Shown here: positions 44,401-58,100 of the stretch, piece by piece
Position numbering within the stretch: position 1 is the stretch's first letter
Layout of the letters: each line of letters opens with the position of its first letter
Assembly (NCBI RefSeq): GCF_009914755.1
Contig: NC_060939.1
DNA length: 64,000 nt
Direction: 5' to 3' (one strand)
From: the human T2T-CHM13v2.0 reference genome, Homo sapiens
The notes under the pieces: model-generated
Told to the model about the DNA's origin: nothing
The model's database searches: none
The model's input: the letters and a program-made list of their open reading frames with translations, nothing else
Program-made: the position numbers and the translations under genes

Positions 44401-47400
44401 TCACATAAAAAGTAGACAGAAGAATTCTGAGAAAATTCTTTGTGATGCCAACGTTCATCTGACAGAGTTGAACCTTTCTTTTGATTGAGAAGATGGGGAA
44501 CACTCTTTCTTTTAGTAGAATCTGCAAGTGAGCATATGGAGCACTTTGCGGCCTATGGTAGAAAAGGAATTATCTTCACATAAAATCTAGACAGAAGCAA
44601 TCTGAGGAAGCTTTTCTTGTTGTGTGCATTCATCTCACAGAGTTAAACATTTCTTTCGATTGAGCAGTTTTAAAACTCTCTTTTTATAAAATCTGCATGT
44701 GGACATTTGGAGCGCCTCGAGGCCTATGGTGCAAAGGAAAATATATTCACATAAAAACTAGAGGGAAGCATTCTGAGCAACCTCTTGGTGATGTGTGCAT
44801 TCATTTCCCAGAGTTGAACCTTTCTATTGATGGACCAGTTTTGTAATAATCTTTTTGTAGAACTTGAATTTGGTCATTTGGAGTTCCTTGAGGCCTATTG
44901 TGGAAAATGAAATATCTTCACAACAAAACTAGAAAGAAGTATTCTGAGCAACTTCTATGTGATGTGTGTGTTCATCCCACAGAGCTGAACCATTTTTTAG
45001 ATTGAGAAATTTGGAAACCATCTTTTTGTAGAATCTGCAAGTGGACATTTGGAGCGCTTTCTCACCTATGGTAGAAAAAGGACTAACTTCACATAAAATC
45101 TAGACATAAGCAATCAGAGAAACTTCTTTGTGATTTGTGCATTCACCTCAGAGAGTTAAACCTTTCTTTTGATTGAGGAGTTTTGAAACTCTCTTTTTGT
45201 ACAATCTGCAAGTGGATATTTGGAGGGCTTTAAGGCCTCTGTTGGAAAAGGAAATATCTTCACATAAAAACTAGACAGAATAATTCTGAGAAACTTCTTT
45301 GTGATGTGTGCATTCATTTCACAGAGTTGAACCTGTCTTTTGATTGAGCAGTTTGGAAACTCTCTTTTTGTGGATCTGCAAGTGGACATTTGTAGTGCTT
45401 TGGGGTTTATGGTAGAAAAGGAAATATCTTCACATAAAATCCAGACAGAAGCAACCTGAGAAACTTGCTTGGATGTGTGCATTCATCTAAGAGAGTTAAA
45501 CCTTTCTTTTGATTGAGGAGTTTTGAAACTCTCTTTTTGTAAAATCTGCAAGTGGCCATTTGGAGCACTTTGAGCCCTATGGTGAAAACGAAATATCTTC
45601 ACATAAAAACTAGACAGAAAAATTCTGAGAAACTTCTTTGTGATGTGTGCAATCATCTCACAGAATTGAAACTTTCTTTTGATTGAGCACTTTGGAAACA
45701 CTCTTTTTGTAGAATCTGCAAGTGGACATTTGGAATGCTTTGTGGCCTATGTTAGAAAAGGAAATATCTTCACATAAAATCTAGACAGAAGCAATCTGAG
45801 AAACTTCTTTGTGATGTGTTCATTCATTTCACAGAGTCGAACCTTTCTTTTGATTGAGCAGTTTTGAAAATCTCTTTTCGTAGAATTTGCAAGTGGACAT
45901 TTGGAGCATTTTGAGACCTGTGGTGCAAAAGGAAATATCTTCACATAAAAACTAGACAGAAGAATTCTGGGAAACTTCTTTGTGATGTGTGTGTTAATCT
46001 CACAGAGTTGAAACTTTCTTTTGATTGAGCAGTTTGGAAAAACTCTTTTTGTAGAATCTGCAAATGAACATTTGGTGCGCTTTGCAGCCAATGACAAAAA
46101 CGGAATATCTACACATCAAATTTAGAAAGAAGCAATCTGAGAAACTTCTTTTTGATGTGTGCATTCCTCTCACAGAGTTAACCCTTTCTTTTGATTGAGA
46201 AGTTTTGAAACTCTCTTTTTGTAGAATCTGCAGGTGGACATTTGGAGCACTTTTAGGCCTATGGTAGAAAAGGAAATGTCTTCACATAAAAACTTGATAG
46301 AAGCATTCTGACAAACTTCCTTGTGATATGTGCATTCATCTCCCAGAGCTGAAACATTCTTTCAAAGGACCAGTTTTGAAATACTCTTTTTATAGAATGT
46401 GCAAGTGGACATTTCGAGCACCTTGAGGCCTATGTTTGAAAAGGAAATATCTTCGCATAAAAACTAGACAGAAGAATTCCGAGAAACTGCTTTGTGATGT
46501 GTGCTTTCATCTCACAGAATTGAACTTTTCTTTTGATTCAGCAGTTTGGAAACACTCTTTATGTAAAATCAGCAAGTGGACATTTGGAGTGCTTTGTGGC
46601 CTATGATAGAAAAGGAAATATTTTCACATAAAATCTATACTGAAACAATCTGAGAAACTTCTTTGTAATGTGTGCATTCATCTCACAGAGTTAAACCTTT
46701 CTTTTGATTGAGCATTTTAGAAACTCTCTTTTTGCAGAATCTGCAGGTGGACATTTGGAGCACTCTGAATCCTATGTTGGAAAAGGAAATGACATCACAT
46801 AAAAACTAAACAGAAGAATTCTAAGAAACTTCTTTGTGATGTGTGAGTTCATCTCACAGAGTTGAGTCTTTCTTTTTGTTGAGCAGTTTGGAAATACTCT
46901 TTTTGTAGAATCTACAGGTGGACAATTAGAGCACTTTGTGTCCCATGGTAGAAAAGTAAATAACTTCACATAAAATCTAGACAAAAGCAATGTGAGAAAC
47001 TTACTTGTGATGTGTGCATTCATCTCAGAGTTACACCTTTCTTTTGATTGATCAGTTTTGAAACTCTCTTTTTGTAGAATCTTCAAGTGAACAATTGGAG
47101 CGCTTTGAGGCCCATGGTACAGAAGGAAATATCATCACATAAAAACTAGACAGAAGAATTCTGAGAAACTTCTTTGTGATGTGTGCGTTCATCTCACAGA
47201 GTTGAACCTTTCTTTTGATTGAGCAGTTTGGAAACACTCTTTTTGTAAAATCTGCACGTGCACATTTGGAGAGCTATGCGGTCTATGGTAGAAAAGGAAA
47301 TATCTTCGCATAAAATCTAGACAGAAGTAGTCTGAGAATATTCTTTCTGATGTGTGCATTCTTCTCACGGAGTGAAACTTTTCCTTTGATTGAGCAGTTT

Positions 47401-50400
47401 CGAAACTCTCTTTTTGTAGAATCTGCAAGTGGACATTTGGAGCGCTTTTCAGCCTATGTTAGAAAAGGAAGTATTTTCACTTAAAATCTAGACAGAAGCA
47501 ATCTGAGAAACGTCTTTGTGATGTTTGTATTCATCTTACATAGTTAAACCTTTCTTTTGATTGAGCAGTTTTGAAACTCTCTTTTTGTCGAATCTGTAAG
47601 AGGACATTTGGAGTGTTTTCAGGCCTATGGTGAAAAAGGAAGCATCTTCTCATAAAAACTAGACAGAAGAATTCAGACAAACTTCTTTGTGATGTATGCA
47701 TTTATCTCACAGAGTTGAACCTTTCTTTTGATTGAGCAGTTTGAAACACTCTTTTTGTAGAATCTGCAAGTGGATATTTGGAGCACGTGGAGGCCTATGG
47801 TGGAAATGGAAATGTCTTCACACTAAAAACTAGACAGAAGAATTCTGAGAAACTTCTTTGTGATGTTTGCATTCATCTCACAGAGTTGAACCTTTGTTTT
47901 CATTGAGCAGTTTGAAAACACTCTTGTTGTAGAATTGGCAAGTGGACATTTGGAACGCATTGCAGTCTATGATGGAAAAGGAAATATCTCCACATAAAAT
48001 CTAGACAGAAGCAATCTGAGAAACTTCTTTGTGATGGGTGCTTTCATCTCACAGAGTTAAAACTTTCTTTTGATTGAAAAGTTTTGAAACTCTCTTTTTA
48101 TAGTATCTGTAAGTGGACATTTGGAGCGTTTTGCAGCCTATGGTAGGAAAGGAAATATCTTCATATAATATCTAGACAGAAGCAATCTGAGAAACTTCTT
48201 TTGATTTTTTCATTCATCTCACAGACGTAAACCTTTCTTTTGATACAGCAGTTTTGAAACTCTCTTTTTGTAGAATCTGCAAGTGGACATTTAGAGCGCT
48301 TTGAGCCCTATGATGGAAAAGGTAATATCTTCACATAAAAGCAAGACAGAAGTATTCTGACAAATTTCTTTGTGATGTGCGCATTCATCTCACAGAGTTG
48401 AACATTTCTTTTGATTGATCAGTTTGGAAACAATCTTTTTGTGGAATCTGCAAGTGTACATTTGTAGCGCTTTTCAGCCTATTGGTACAAAAGGAAATAT
48501 CTTCACATAAAATCTAGAAAGTAGCAATCTGAGAAACTTCTTTTTGATGTGTGCATTCGCCTCATGGAGTTAAACCTTTCTTTTGATTGGGCAATTTTGA
48601 AACTCTATTTTTGTAGAATCTGCAAGTGGACATTTTGTGCACTTTCAGGCCTGTGGAGGAAAAGGAAATATCTTCACAGAAAGACTAGACAGAAGAATTC
48701 TGAGAAACTTGTGTGATGCATGTGTTCATCTCACAGAGTTGAACCTTTCTTTCGATTAAGCAGTTTGGAAACACTCTTTCTAGAATCTGCAAGTGGACAT
48801 TTGCAGTGCTTTGTGGCATGTGGTAGAAAAGGGAATATCATCACAAAAAATCTCGACAGAAGCAATATTAGAAACTTCTTTGTGATGTGTGCATTCTTCT
48901 CACAGAGTTAACGCTTTCTTTTGATTGAACAATTTTGAAACTCTCTTTTTGTAGTATCTGCAAGTGGACATTTGGGGCGCTTTGAGGCCTATTGTGGTAA
49001 AGGAGATATGTTCACATAAAAACTAGATAGAAGCATTCTGAGAAACTGCTTTGTGATGTGCACATTCATTTCCCACAGTTGAATCTTTCCTTTGATTGAC
49101 CAGTTTTGAAATACTGTTTTTGTAGAATCTGCAAGTGAACGTTTCCAGTTCCTTGAGGCCTGTTGTGGAAAATGAAATATCTTCACATAAAAACTAGACA
49201 TAAGAACTCTGAGAAACTACTTTGTGATGTGTGCATTCATCTCACAGAGTTGAACCTTTCTGTTGATTGAGCAGTTTGGAAACACTCTTTTTGTAGAATC
49301 TGCAAGTGGACATTTGGAGCGCTTTGTGGCCTATGGTAGAAAAGGAAATGTATTCACATAAAATCTAGACAGAAACAATCTGAGAAACTTCTTTGGATGT
49401 GTGCATTCATCTCACAGAGTTAAACCTTTCTTTTGATTGAGCAGTTTTGAAAATCTCTTTTTGTAGAATCTGTAAGTGGACATTTGGAGGGCTTTGAGGC
49501 CAATGGTGGAATAGGAAATATCTTCCCATCAATAGTAGACAGAAGAATTCTGAGAAACTTTTTTGTGATGTGTGCCTTCATCTAAAGGAGTTCAACCTTT
49601 ATTTTGATTGAGTAGTTTGGAAACACTCTTTTTGTAGGATCTGCAAGTTGACATATGGAGTGCTTCACGGCCTATGGTAGAAAAGGAAATATCTTCACAT
49701 AAAATCTAGATAGAAGCAATCTGAGAAACTTATTTGTGATGTGTGAATTCATCTCACAGAGTTGAATATTTCTTTTGATTGGGCAGTTTGGAAACAATCT
49801 TTTTGTAGAATCTGCATGTGGACATTTGGAGTGATTTGAGGCCTATGGTAGAAAAGGAAATATCTTCACATAAAATCTAGACAGAAGCAATCTGAGAAAC
49901 TTCTTTGTGATATGTGCATTCATTTCACAGAGTTAAACCTTTCTTTTGATTGAGCAGTTTTGAAACTCTATTTTTGTAGAATCTGCAAGTGGACATTTTG
50001 AGTCCTTTGAGGCCTGTGGAGGAAAAGGAAATATCTTCACAGAAAAACTAGACAGAAGAATTCTGAGAAACTTCTTTGTGATGCATGCGGTCATCTCACA
50101 GATTTGAACTTTTCTTTTGACTAAGCAGTTTGGAAACACTCTTTCTAGAATCTGCAAGTGGACATTTGGAGCGCTTTGTGGCCTGTGGTAGAAAAGGAAA
50201 TATCTTCACAAAAAATCTCGACAGAAGTCGTCTGAGAAACACCTTTGTGATGTGTGCATTCATCTCACAGAGTTAATCCTTTCTTTTGACTGAGCATTTT
50301 TGAAATTCTCTTTTTGTAGTATCTGCAAGTAGACATTTGGAGCACTTTGAGGCCTATTGTGGAAAAGGAAATATCTTCACAGAAAAACTAGATAGAAGCA

Positions 50401-50730
50401 TTCTGAGAAACTGCTTTGTGATGTTTACATTCATTTCCCTGAGTTGAACCTTTCTTTTGATGGACCAGTTTTGAAATACTCTTTTGGTAGAATCTGCAAG
50501 TGGACATTTCCAGTGCCTTGAGGCCTATGGTGGAAAATGAAATATCTTCACATAAAAATTAGACATAAGATTTCTGAGAAACTACTTTGTGATGTGTGCG
50601 TTCATCTCACAGAATTGGATCTTTCTTTGATTGAGCTGTTTGGACACACTATTTTTGTAGAATCTGCAAGTGGACATTTGGAGTCCTTGTGGCCTATGCT
50701 AGAAAAGGAAATATATTCACATAAAATCTA
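32444..50730 (+). repeat. Alpha satellite, family 2, inverted relative to both flanking arrays (~107 monomers)
   Basis: Units read gaaacttctttgtgatgtgtgcattcatctcacagag...gtagaatctgcaagtggacatttggag...aaggaaatatcttcacataaaa(a/t)ctagacagaag, the reverse complement of the flanks. Confidence 0.96.
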
Positions 50731-53700
50731 TGGATGAATGCACACATCACAAAGAAGATTCTCAGATTGCTTTTGTCTAGATTTTATGTGAAGATATTAC
50801 CTTTTCTACCATAGGCCTCAAAGCACTCCAAACGTCCACTTGCAGATTCTGCAAAAAGAGTTTCAAAACTGCTTAAACAAAAGAATGGTTAAACTCTGTG
50901 AGGTGAGTGCACATATCACAAACAGGTTTCTCAGATTACTTCCGTCTAGATTTTATGTGAAGTTATTTCCTTTTCTACCACAGGCCGCAAAGCGTTCCAA
51001 ATGTGTACTTGCAGATTCTACATAAAGAATGTTTCCTAGTTGCTCAAAAAAAAAAAGCTTCAACTCTGTGAGATGAACGCCCACATCATGAAGAAGTTTC
51101 TAAGAATTCTTCTGTCTAGTTTTTATGTGGAGATATTTCCTTTCCCACTATAGGCCTCAAATCATTCAAAATGTCCACTTGCAGATTCTACAAACAGAGA
51201 GTTTCAAAACACCTCAATCAAAAGAAAGGTTTAACTCTCTGAGATGAATGCACACATCAGAAAGAAGTTTCTCAGATTTGTTCTGTCTAGATTTTATGTG
51301 AAGATATTTCCTTTTCTGCCATAGGCCACAAATCGCTCCAAGTGTCTACATGCAGTTTCGAAAAAAAAGAGTGTTTCCAAACTGCTCCATCAAAAGACAC
51401 GTTCAACTCTGAGATGAACGCACACATCACAAAGAAGTTTCTCAGAATTCTTCTCTCTAGTTTTCATGTGCAGATGTTTCCTTTTCCACAATAGATCGCA
51501 AAACGCTCCAAATGTCCACATGCAGATTCTATAAAAACACAGTTTCAAAATTAATCTTTCAAAAGAAAAGGTTTAACTCTGTGAAATGAATGCACACATC
51601 ACAAAGAAGATTCTCAGATTGCTTCTGTCTCGATTTTATGTGAAGATATTTCCTTTTCTACCATAGGCCGCAAAGCGCTCCTAATGTCCTCTTGCAGATC
51701 CTACAAAAAAAGTGTTTCCAAACTACTCAATCAAAAGAAAGATTCAACTCTGTGAGATGAATGCACACATCACAAAGAAATTGCTCAGATTGCTTCTGTC
51801 TAGAATTTATGTGAAGATATATCCTTTTCTACAATAGGCCACAAAGCGCACAAAATGTCCACTTGTAGATTTTCAAAAAAGTTTGTTTCCAAACTGCTCA
51901 GTCAAAAGAAATGTTTACCTCTATGAGATGAATGCAGACATCACAAAGATATTTATCTGTATACATCTGCCTAGTTTTTATGTGAGGATATTTCCTTTTC
52001 CACCACAGGCCTCAAAGCCCTCCAAATATCCACTTGCAGATTCTACAAAAAGAGAGTTTCAAAACTCCTCAATCAAAAGAAAGGTTTAGCTCTTTGAGGT
52101 GAATGCACACATTGCAAAGAAGATTTTCAGGTTGCTTCTGTCTAGATTTTATGTGAAGATATTTAATTTTCTGCCATTGGCTGCAAAGTGCTCCAAATAT
52201 TCACTTACGTATTATACAAAAAGAGTGTTTCCATACTGCTAAATCAAAAGAAAGGTTCAACTCTGTGAAACGAATGCACACATCACCAAGAAGTTTCTCA
52301 GAATTCTTCTGTCTAGTTTTTATGTGAAGATATTTCCTTTTCCACCACAGGCCTCACGGCGCTTGAAATGTCCACTTGCAGATTCTAAACAAAGAGTGTT
52401 TCAAAACTGGCCCATCAACAGAAAGTTTCGTCTCTGGGAGATGAATGTGCATATCACAAAAACTTTCTCAGAATGCTTCTATCTAGTTTTTATGTGAAGA
52501 TATTTCCTTTTCCACTATTGGCGTCAAAGCGTCCCAAATGTCATCTTGCAGATTCAACAAAAGAGAGTTTCAGAACTGCTCAAACAAAAGAGAGCCTTAA
52601 CTCTGTGAGTTGAATGCACACATCACAAAGAAGTTTCTAAGATTGCTTCTGTCTAGATTTTATGTGAAGATATTTCCTTTCCTAACGTCGGCCGCAAAGT
52701 GCTACAAATGTCCACTTGCAGATCCTTCAAAAAGATAGTTCAAGACTTCTCAATCAAAAGAAAGGTTTAACTCTGTGAGATGAATGCACGCATCACAAAT
52801 AAGTTTCTCAGATTGCTTCTCTCTAGATTTTATGTAAAGATATTTCCTTTTCTACTTTAGGCCGCAAAGCGTTCCAAATATCCACTTGCAGATTCTACAA
52901 AATAGTGTTTCCAAACTGCTCAATCAAAAAAAAGTTTCAACTCTGTGAGATGAAGCCACAAATCACAAAGAAGTTTCTCAGAATTCTTCTGTCTAGTTTT
53001 TTATGTGAATATATTTCCTTTTCCACCATAGGCCTTTAAGTGCTCCAAATGCTCACTTGCAGATTCTACAAAAGAGAGTTTCAAAATTGCTCTATCAAAA
53101 GAAATTTTTAACTCTGTGAGATGAATGCACACATTACTAAGAAGTTTCACAGACTGTTTCTATATAGATTTTATGTGAGGATATTTCTTTTTCTACCATA
53201 TGCTAAAAAGTACTCCAAATGTCCACTTGCAGATTCCACAAAAAGAGTGTTTCCACACTGTTCAATCAAAAAAAAGTTTCAACTCAGTGAGATGAACGCA
53301 CCCATCACAAAGAAGTTTCTCTGAATTCTCCTGTGTAGTTTTTAAGTGAAGATAATTTATTTTCCACAAAAGGCCACAGGGCACTCCCATTTTCCACTTG
53401 CAGATACTTCAAAAAGAGAGTTCCAAATCTGCTCCATCAAGAAAAAGATCAACTCTGTGAGATGAACGCGCACATCACAAAGAAGTTTCTCAGATTGCTT
53501 CTGCCTAGATTTTATGTTAAGATATTTCCTTTTCCACCAAAGGCCACAAAGCGCTCCAAATGTCCACTTGCAGATTCTGCAAAAAGAGTGTTTCAAAACT
53601 GCTCTATCAAAAGAAAGATTTCACTCTGTGAGATGAATGCACACATCACAAAGAAGTTTCTCAGATTGCTTGTGTCTAGATTTTATGTGAAGATATTTCC

Positions 53701-53860
53701 TTTTCTACCATAGGCCACAAAGTGCTCCAAATGTCCACTTGCACATTCTACATCAAGAGTGTTTTGAAACTGCTCAATCAAAAGAATGGTTCAACTCTTA
53801 GAGATGAACGCACACATCACAAACAAATTTCTCAGATAGCTTATGTATAGATTTTATGTG
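50731..53860 (-). repeat. Alpha satellite, family 2, original orientation
   Basis: After ataaaatcta|tg|gatgaatgcacacatc the units read cagattgcttctgtctagatttt / aaatgtccac again. Confidence 0.92.
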
Positions 53861-56800
53861 AGAGTATTTCATTTTCAAACATAGGCTGCAAAAAGCTCCA
53901 AGTATCCACTTGCGGATTCTACAAAAAGAGAGTTTCAAAACCGCTCTATCAAAAGATAGGTTAACATCTGTGACTTGAATGCACAGCTAACAACGGTTTC
54001 CCAGAAAGCTTCTGTGTAGTTTTTATCTGAAGATATTTCCTTTTCCAAAATAGACCACAAAGCTTTTCAAATATCCACTTCCAGATTCTACAAAAAGAGT
54101 GTTTCCAAATTACTCCGTCAATAGAAAGATTCAACCGTTTGTGATGAATGCACTCATCACAAAGACGTTTCCCGGAATGATTCTGTGTAGTTTTTATTTG
54201 AAGATATTTCCTTTTCCACTGTAGGCCACAAAGCGCTCCAAATATCCACCTGCAGATGCTACAAAAAGAGAGATTCAAAACTGCTCAATCAAAAGATAGG
54301 TTCAACTCTGTGAGTTGAATGCACACATCACAAAGTATTTTCTCAGAATGCCTCTGTGTAGTTTTTATGTGAAGATATTTCCTTTTCCACAATAGGCCTC
54401 AAATCGCTCCAAATATCCAATTGCAGATTCTGCAAAAAGAGAGATTCTAAACTGCTCAATCAAAAGATAGGTTTGACTCTGTGAGTTGAATGCACACCTC
54501 ACAAAAAAGTTTCTCAGAATGCTTCTGTGTAGTTTCTATTTGAAGATATTTGCTTTTCCACAGTAGGTCTCAGAACGCTACAAATATCGACTTGCAGATT
54601 CTGCAAAAAGAGAGATTCAAAACTGCCCAATCAAAAGATAGGCTCAACTCTGTGTGTTGAATGCACACATAACACAGTAGTTTCTCAGAATAATTATGTG
54701 TAGTTTTTATGTTAAGATATATCCTTTTCCAAAATAGTCCTCAAAGCCCTCCAAATATCCACTTGCAGATTCTACAAAAAGAGTGTTTCAAAACTGCTCA
54801 ATCAAAAGAAACTTTGAACTCTTTGTGATCAATGCGCTCACACAAAGGAGTTTCTCTGAATGCTGCTGTGTAGTTTTTATTTGAAGATATTTCCTTTTCA
54901 AGCATAGGGCAAAAATGGCTCCAAATATCCACTTGCAGATTCTACAAAAAGAGAGATTCAAAACTGCTCAATCATAAGATAGGTTCAAACTTGTGAGCTG
55001 AATGTACACATCATAAAGAAGTTTCCCAGAATTCTTCTGTGTAGTATTTATTTGAAGATATTTCCTTTTCCACAATAGGCTGCAAAGCACTCCAAATATC
55101 CACTTGCAGATTCTGCAAAAAGAGAGATTGAAAACTGCTCAATCAAAAGAAAGATTCGACTCTGTGAGTTGAATACACACCTCACAAAAAAGTTTCTCAG
55201 AATGCTTCTGTGTAGTTTTTATTTGAAGATATTTGCTTTTCCACAGTAGGCCTCAAAGTGCTACAAATATCCACTTGCATATTCTGCAAAAAGAGAGATT
55301 GAAAACTGCTCAATCAAAAGATAGGCTCAACTCTGTGTGTTGAATGCACACATAACAAAGGAGTTTCTCAGAATAATTCTGTGTAGTTTTTATGTTAAGA
55401 TATATCCTTTCCCAAAATAGGCCTCAAAGCCCTCCAAATAGCTACTTTGAGTTTCTTCAAAAAGAGTGTATCAAAACTGCTCAGTCAAAAGAAACTTTAA
55501 ACTCTTTGTGATCATTGCAGTCATCACAAAGGCGTTTCTCTGAATGCTTCTGTGTAGTTTGTATTTGAAGATGTTTCCTTTTCAACCATAGGGCACAAAG
55601 GGCTCCAAATATCCACTTGCATATTCTACAAGAAGAGAGATTGAAAACTGCTCAATCATAAGATAGGTTCAAACGTGTGAGTTGAATGCACACATCACAA
55701 AGAAGTTTCCCAGAATTCTACCATGTAGTTCTTATTTGAAGATATTTCTTTTTCCACAATAGGCCACAAACGTCTCCAAATATTCACTAACAGATTCTAC
55801 AAAAGAGAGATTCCAAACGGCTCAATCAAAAGATAGATTCAATTCTGTGAGTTGAATGCACAAATAAAAAAGAAGCTTCTCAGAATGCCAATGTGTAGTT
55901 TTTATGTGAAGATATTTTCTTTTCCAAAATAAGCCTCAAAGCCCTCCAAATATCCACTTCCAGATTATACGAAAAGAGTGTTTCAAAACTGCTCAATCAA
56001 AGGAAACGTTCAACTCTGTGTGATGAATGCACTCAAAACAAAGAATTTTCTCAGAATGCTTATGTGTAGTTTTTATTTGAAGATATTTCATTTTCCAACA
56101 CAGGGTGCAAAGAGCTCCAAATATCCACTTGCAGATTCTAGAAAAAGAGAGATTCAAAAGTGCTCAATGAAGAGAAAAGTTCAAATCCGTGAATTGAATG
56201 CACACCTCAAAAAGAAGTTTCTCAGAATGCTTCTGTGTAGTTTTTATGTGAAGATATTTCCTTTTCCAAAATAAGACTCAAAGCTCTCAAAATATCCACT
56301 TGCAGATTCTACAAATATAGAGTTTCAAAACTGCTTAATCAAAAGAAAGGTTCATCTCTGTGAGATGAATGCACACATCAAAAAAAAGATTCTCAGAATG
56401 CTTCTGTGTAGTTTTTATGTGAAGATATTTCCTTTTCCACGGTAGGCCCCAATGTGCTCCAAATATACACTTGCATATTCTACAAAAAGAGTGTTTCTAA
56501 ACTACTCAATCATAAGATAGGTACAACCCAGTGAGGTGAATGCACACATCACGAAGAAGTGTCTCAGAATCTTCTGTGTAGTGTTTATGTGAAGATATTT
56601 CCTTTTCCACAGTTGTCCTCAAAGCTCTAAAATATGCACTTGCAGATTCTGCAAAAAGAGTGTTTCAAAACTGTTCAGTCAAAGGAAAGGTTCAAATCTG
56701 TGTGATGAATGCACTCACAACAAAGAAGTTTTTCTGAATGCTTCTGTGTAGTATTTATTTGTTGATATTTCCTTTTCTACAATAGGCCTCAAATCGCTCC

Positions 56801-58100
56801 AAATATCTACTTGCAGATTCTACAAAAAGAGTGTTTAAAAACTGCTCAATCATAAGTTAGGTTAAAACCTGTGATATGAACGCACACATCAAAAAGAAGG
56901 TTCTCAGAATGCTTCAGTGTAGTTTTTATTTGAAGATATTTCCTTTTCCACAACAGGCCTCAAAGCTCTCCAAATATCCACTTGCTGATACTGCAAAAAG
57001 AGTGTTTCAAAACTACTCAATAAAAATAAAGGTTCAACTCTGTGTGATGAATGCACTCATCACAAACAAGTTTCTCAGAATGCTTCCACGTAGTTTTAAT
57101 GTGAAGATATTTCCTTTTCCACAATAGGCCCCAAACTCTACACATATCCACTAGGTCATCCTTCAAAAAGGATGTTTCAAAACTGCTCAATAAAAGGAAA
57201 GGTTCAACTCCGTGTGAGGAATGTATTCATCACAAAGAAGTTTCTCTGAATGCTCCTGTGTAGTTGTTATATGAAGATATTTCCTTTTACACCATAGGGC
57301 ACAAAGGGCTCCAAATATCCATTTACAGACCCTACAAAAACAGAGATTGATTCAAAACTGCTCAGTCAAAAGATAGGTTCATCTCTGTGAGTTGAATGCA
57401 CACATCACAATGAAGTTTCTCAGAATGCTTCTGTATAGTTTTTATTTGAGGATATTTCCTTTCACACAATAGGACTCAAAACTCTCCAAATATCCAATTG
57501 GTCATTCTGCAAAAAGGGTGTTTCAAAACTGCTCAATATAAAGAAAGTTTCAACTCTGTGTGAGGAATGCATTCATCACAAAGAAGTTTCTCTGAACGGT
57601 TCTGCGTAGTTTTTATTTGAAGATATTTCCTATTCCACCATAGGGCACAAAGGACTCAAAATATCCACTTGCAGATTCTACAAAAAGAGAGATTCAAAAG
57701 TGCTCAATGACAAGATAAGTTCAACTCTGTGAGTTGAATGCACAACTCACAAAGAAGTTTTTCAGAATGCTTCTATGTAGTTTTTATGTGAAGATATTTC
57801 CTTTTCCAAAATAGGCCTCAAAGCTCTCCAAATATCCACTTGCAGATTCTTCAAAAAGAGAGATTCAAAACTGTTCATTCAAAAGATATGTTCGACACTG
57901 TGAGTTGAATGCACACATCACAAAGAAGTGTCTCAGACTACTTCTGTGTAGTTTTTATGGGAAGATAATTGATTTTCCACAGTAGGCCTCAAAGTGCTCC
58001 AAATATCCACTTGCAGATTCTGCGAAAAGGGAGATTCAAAACTACTCAATTAAAAGATATGTTCAACTCTGTGAGTTGAAAGCAAACATCACAAAGAAGT
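53861..58100 (-). repeat. Alpha satellite, family 1 (SF4/M1-like)
   Basis: Switch back to tgtgtag / aaatatccac / gagagattcaaaac / aagataggtt. Confidence 0.9.

Noticed and set aside
50600-50860. Perfect palindrome or fold-back hairpin at the strand switch
   Set aside because: The arms are out of register at the junction and share only family-level similarity.
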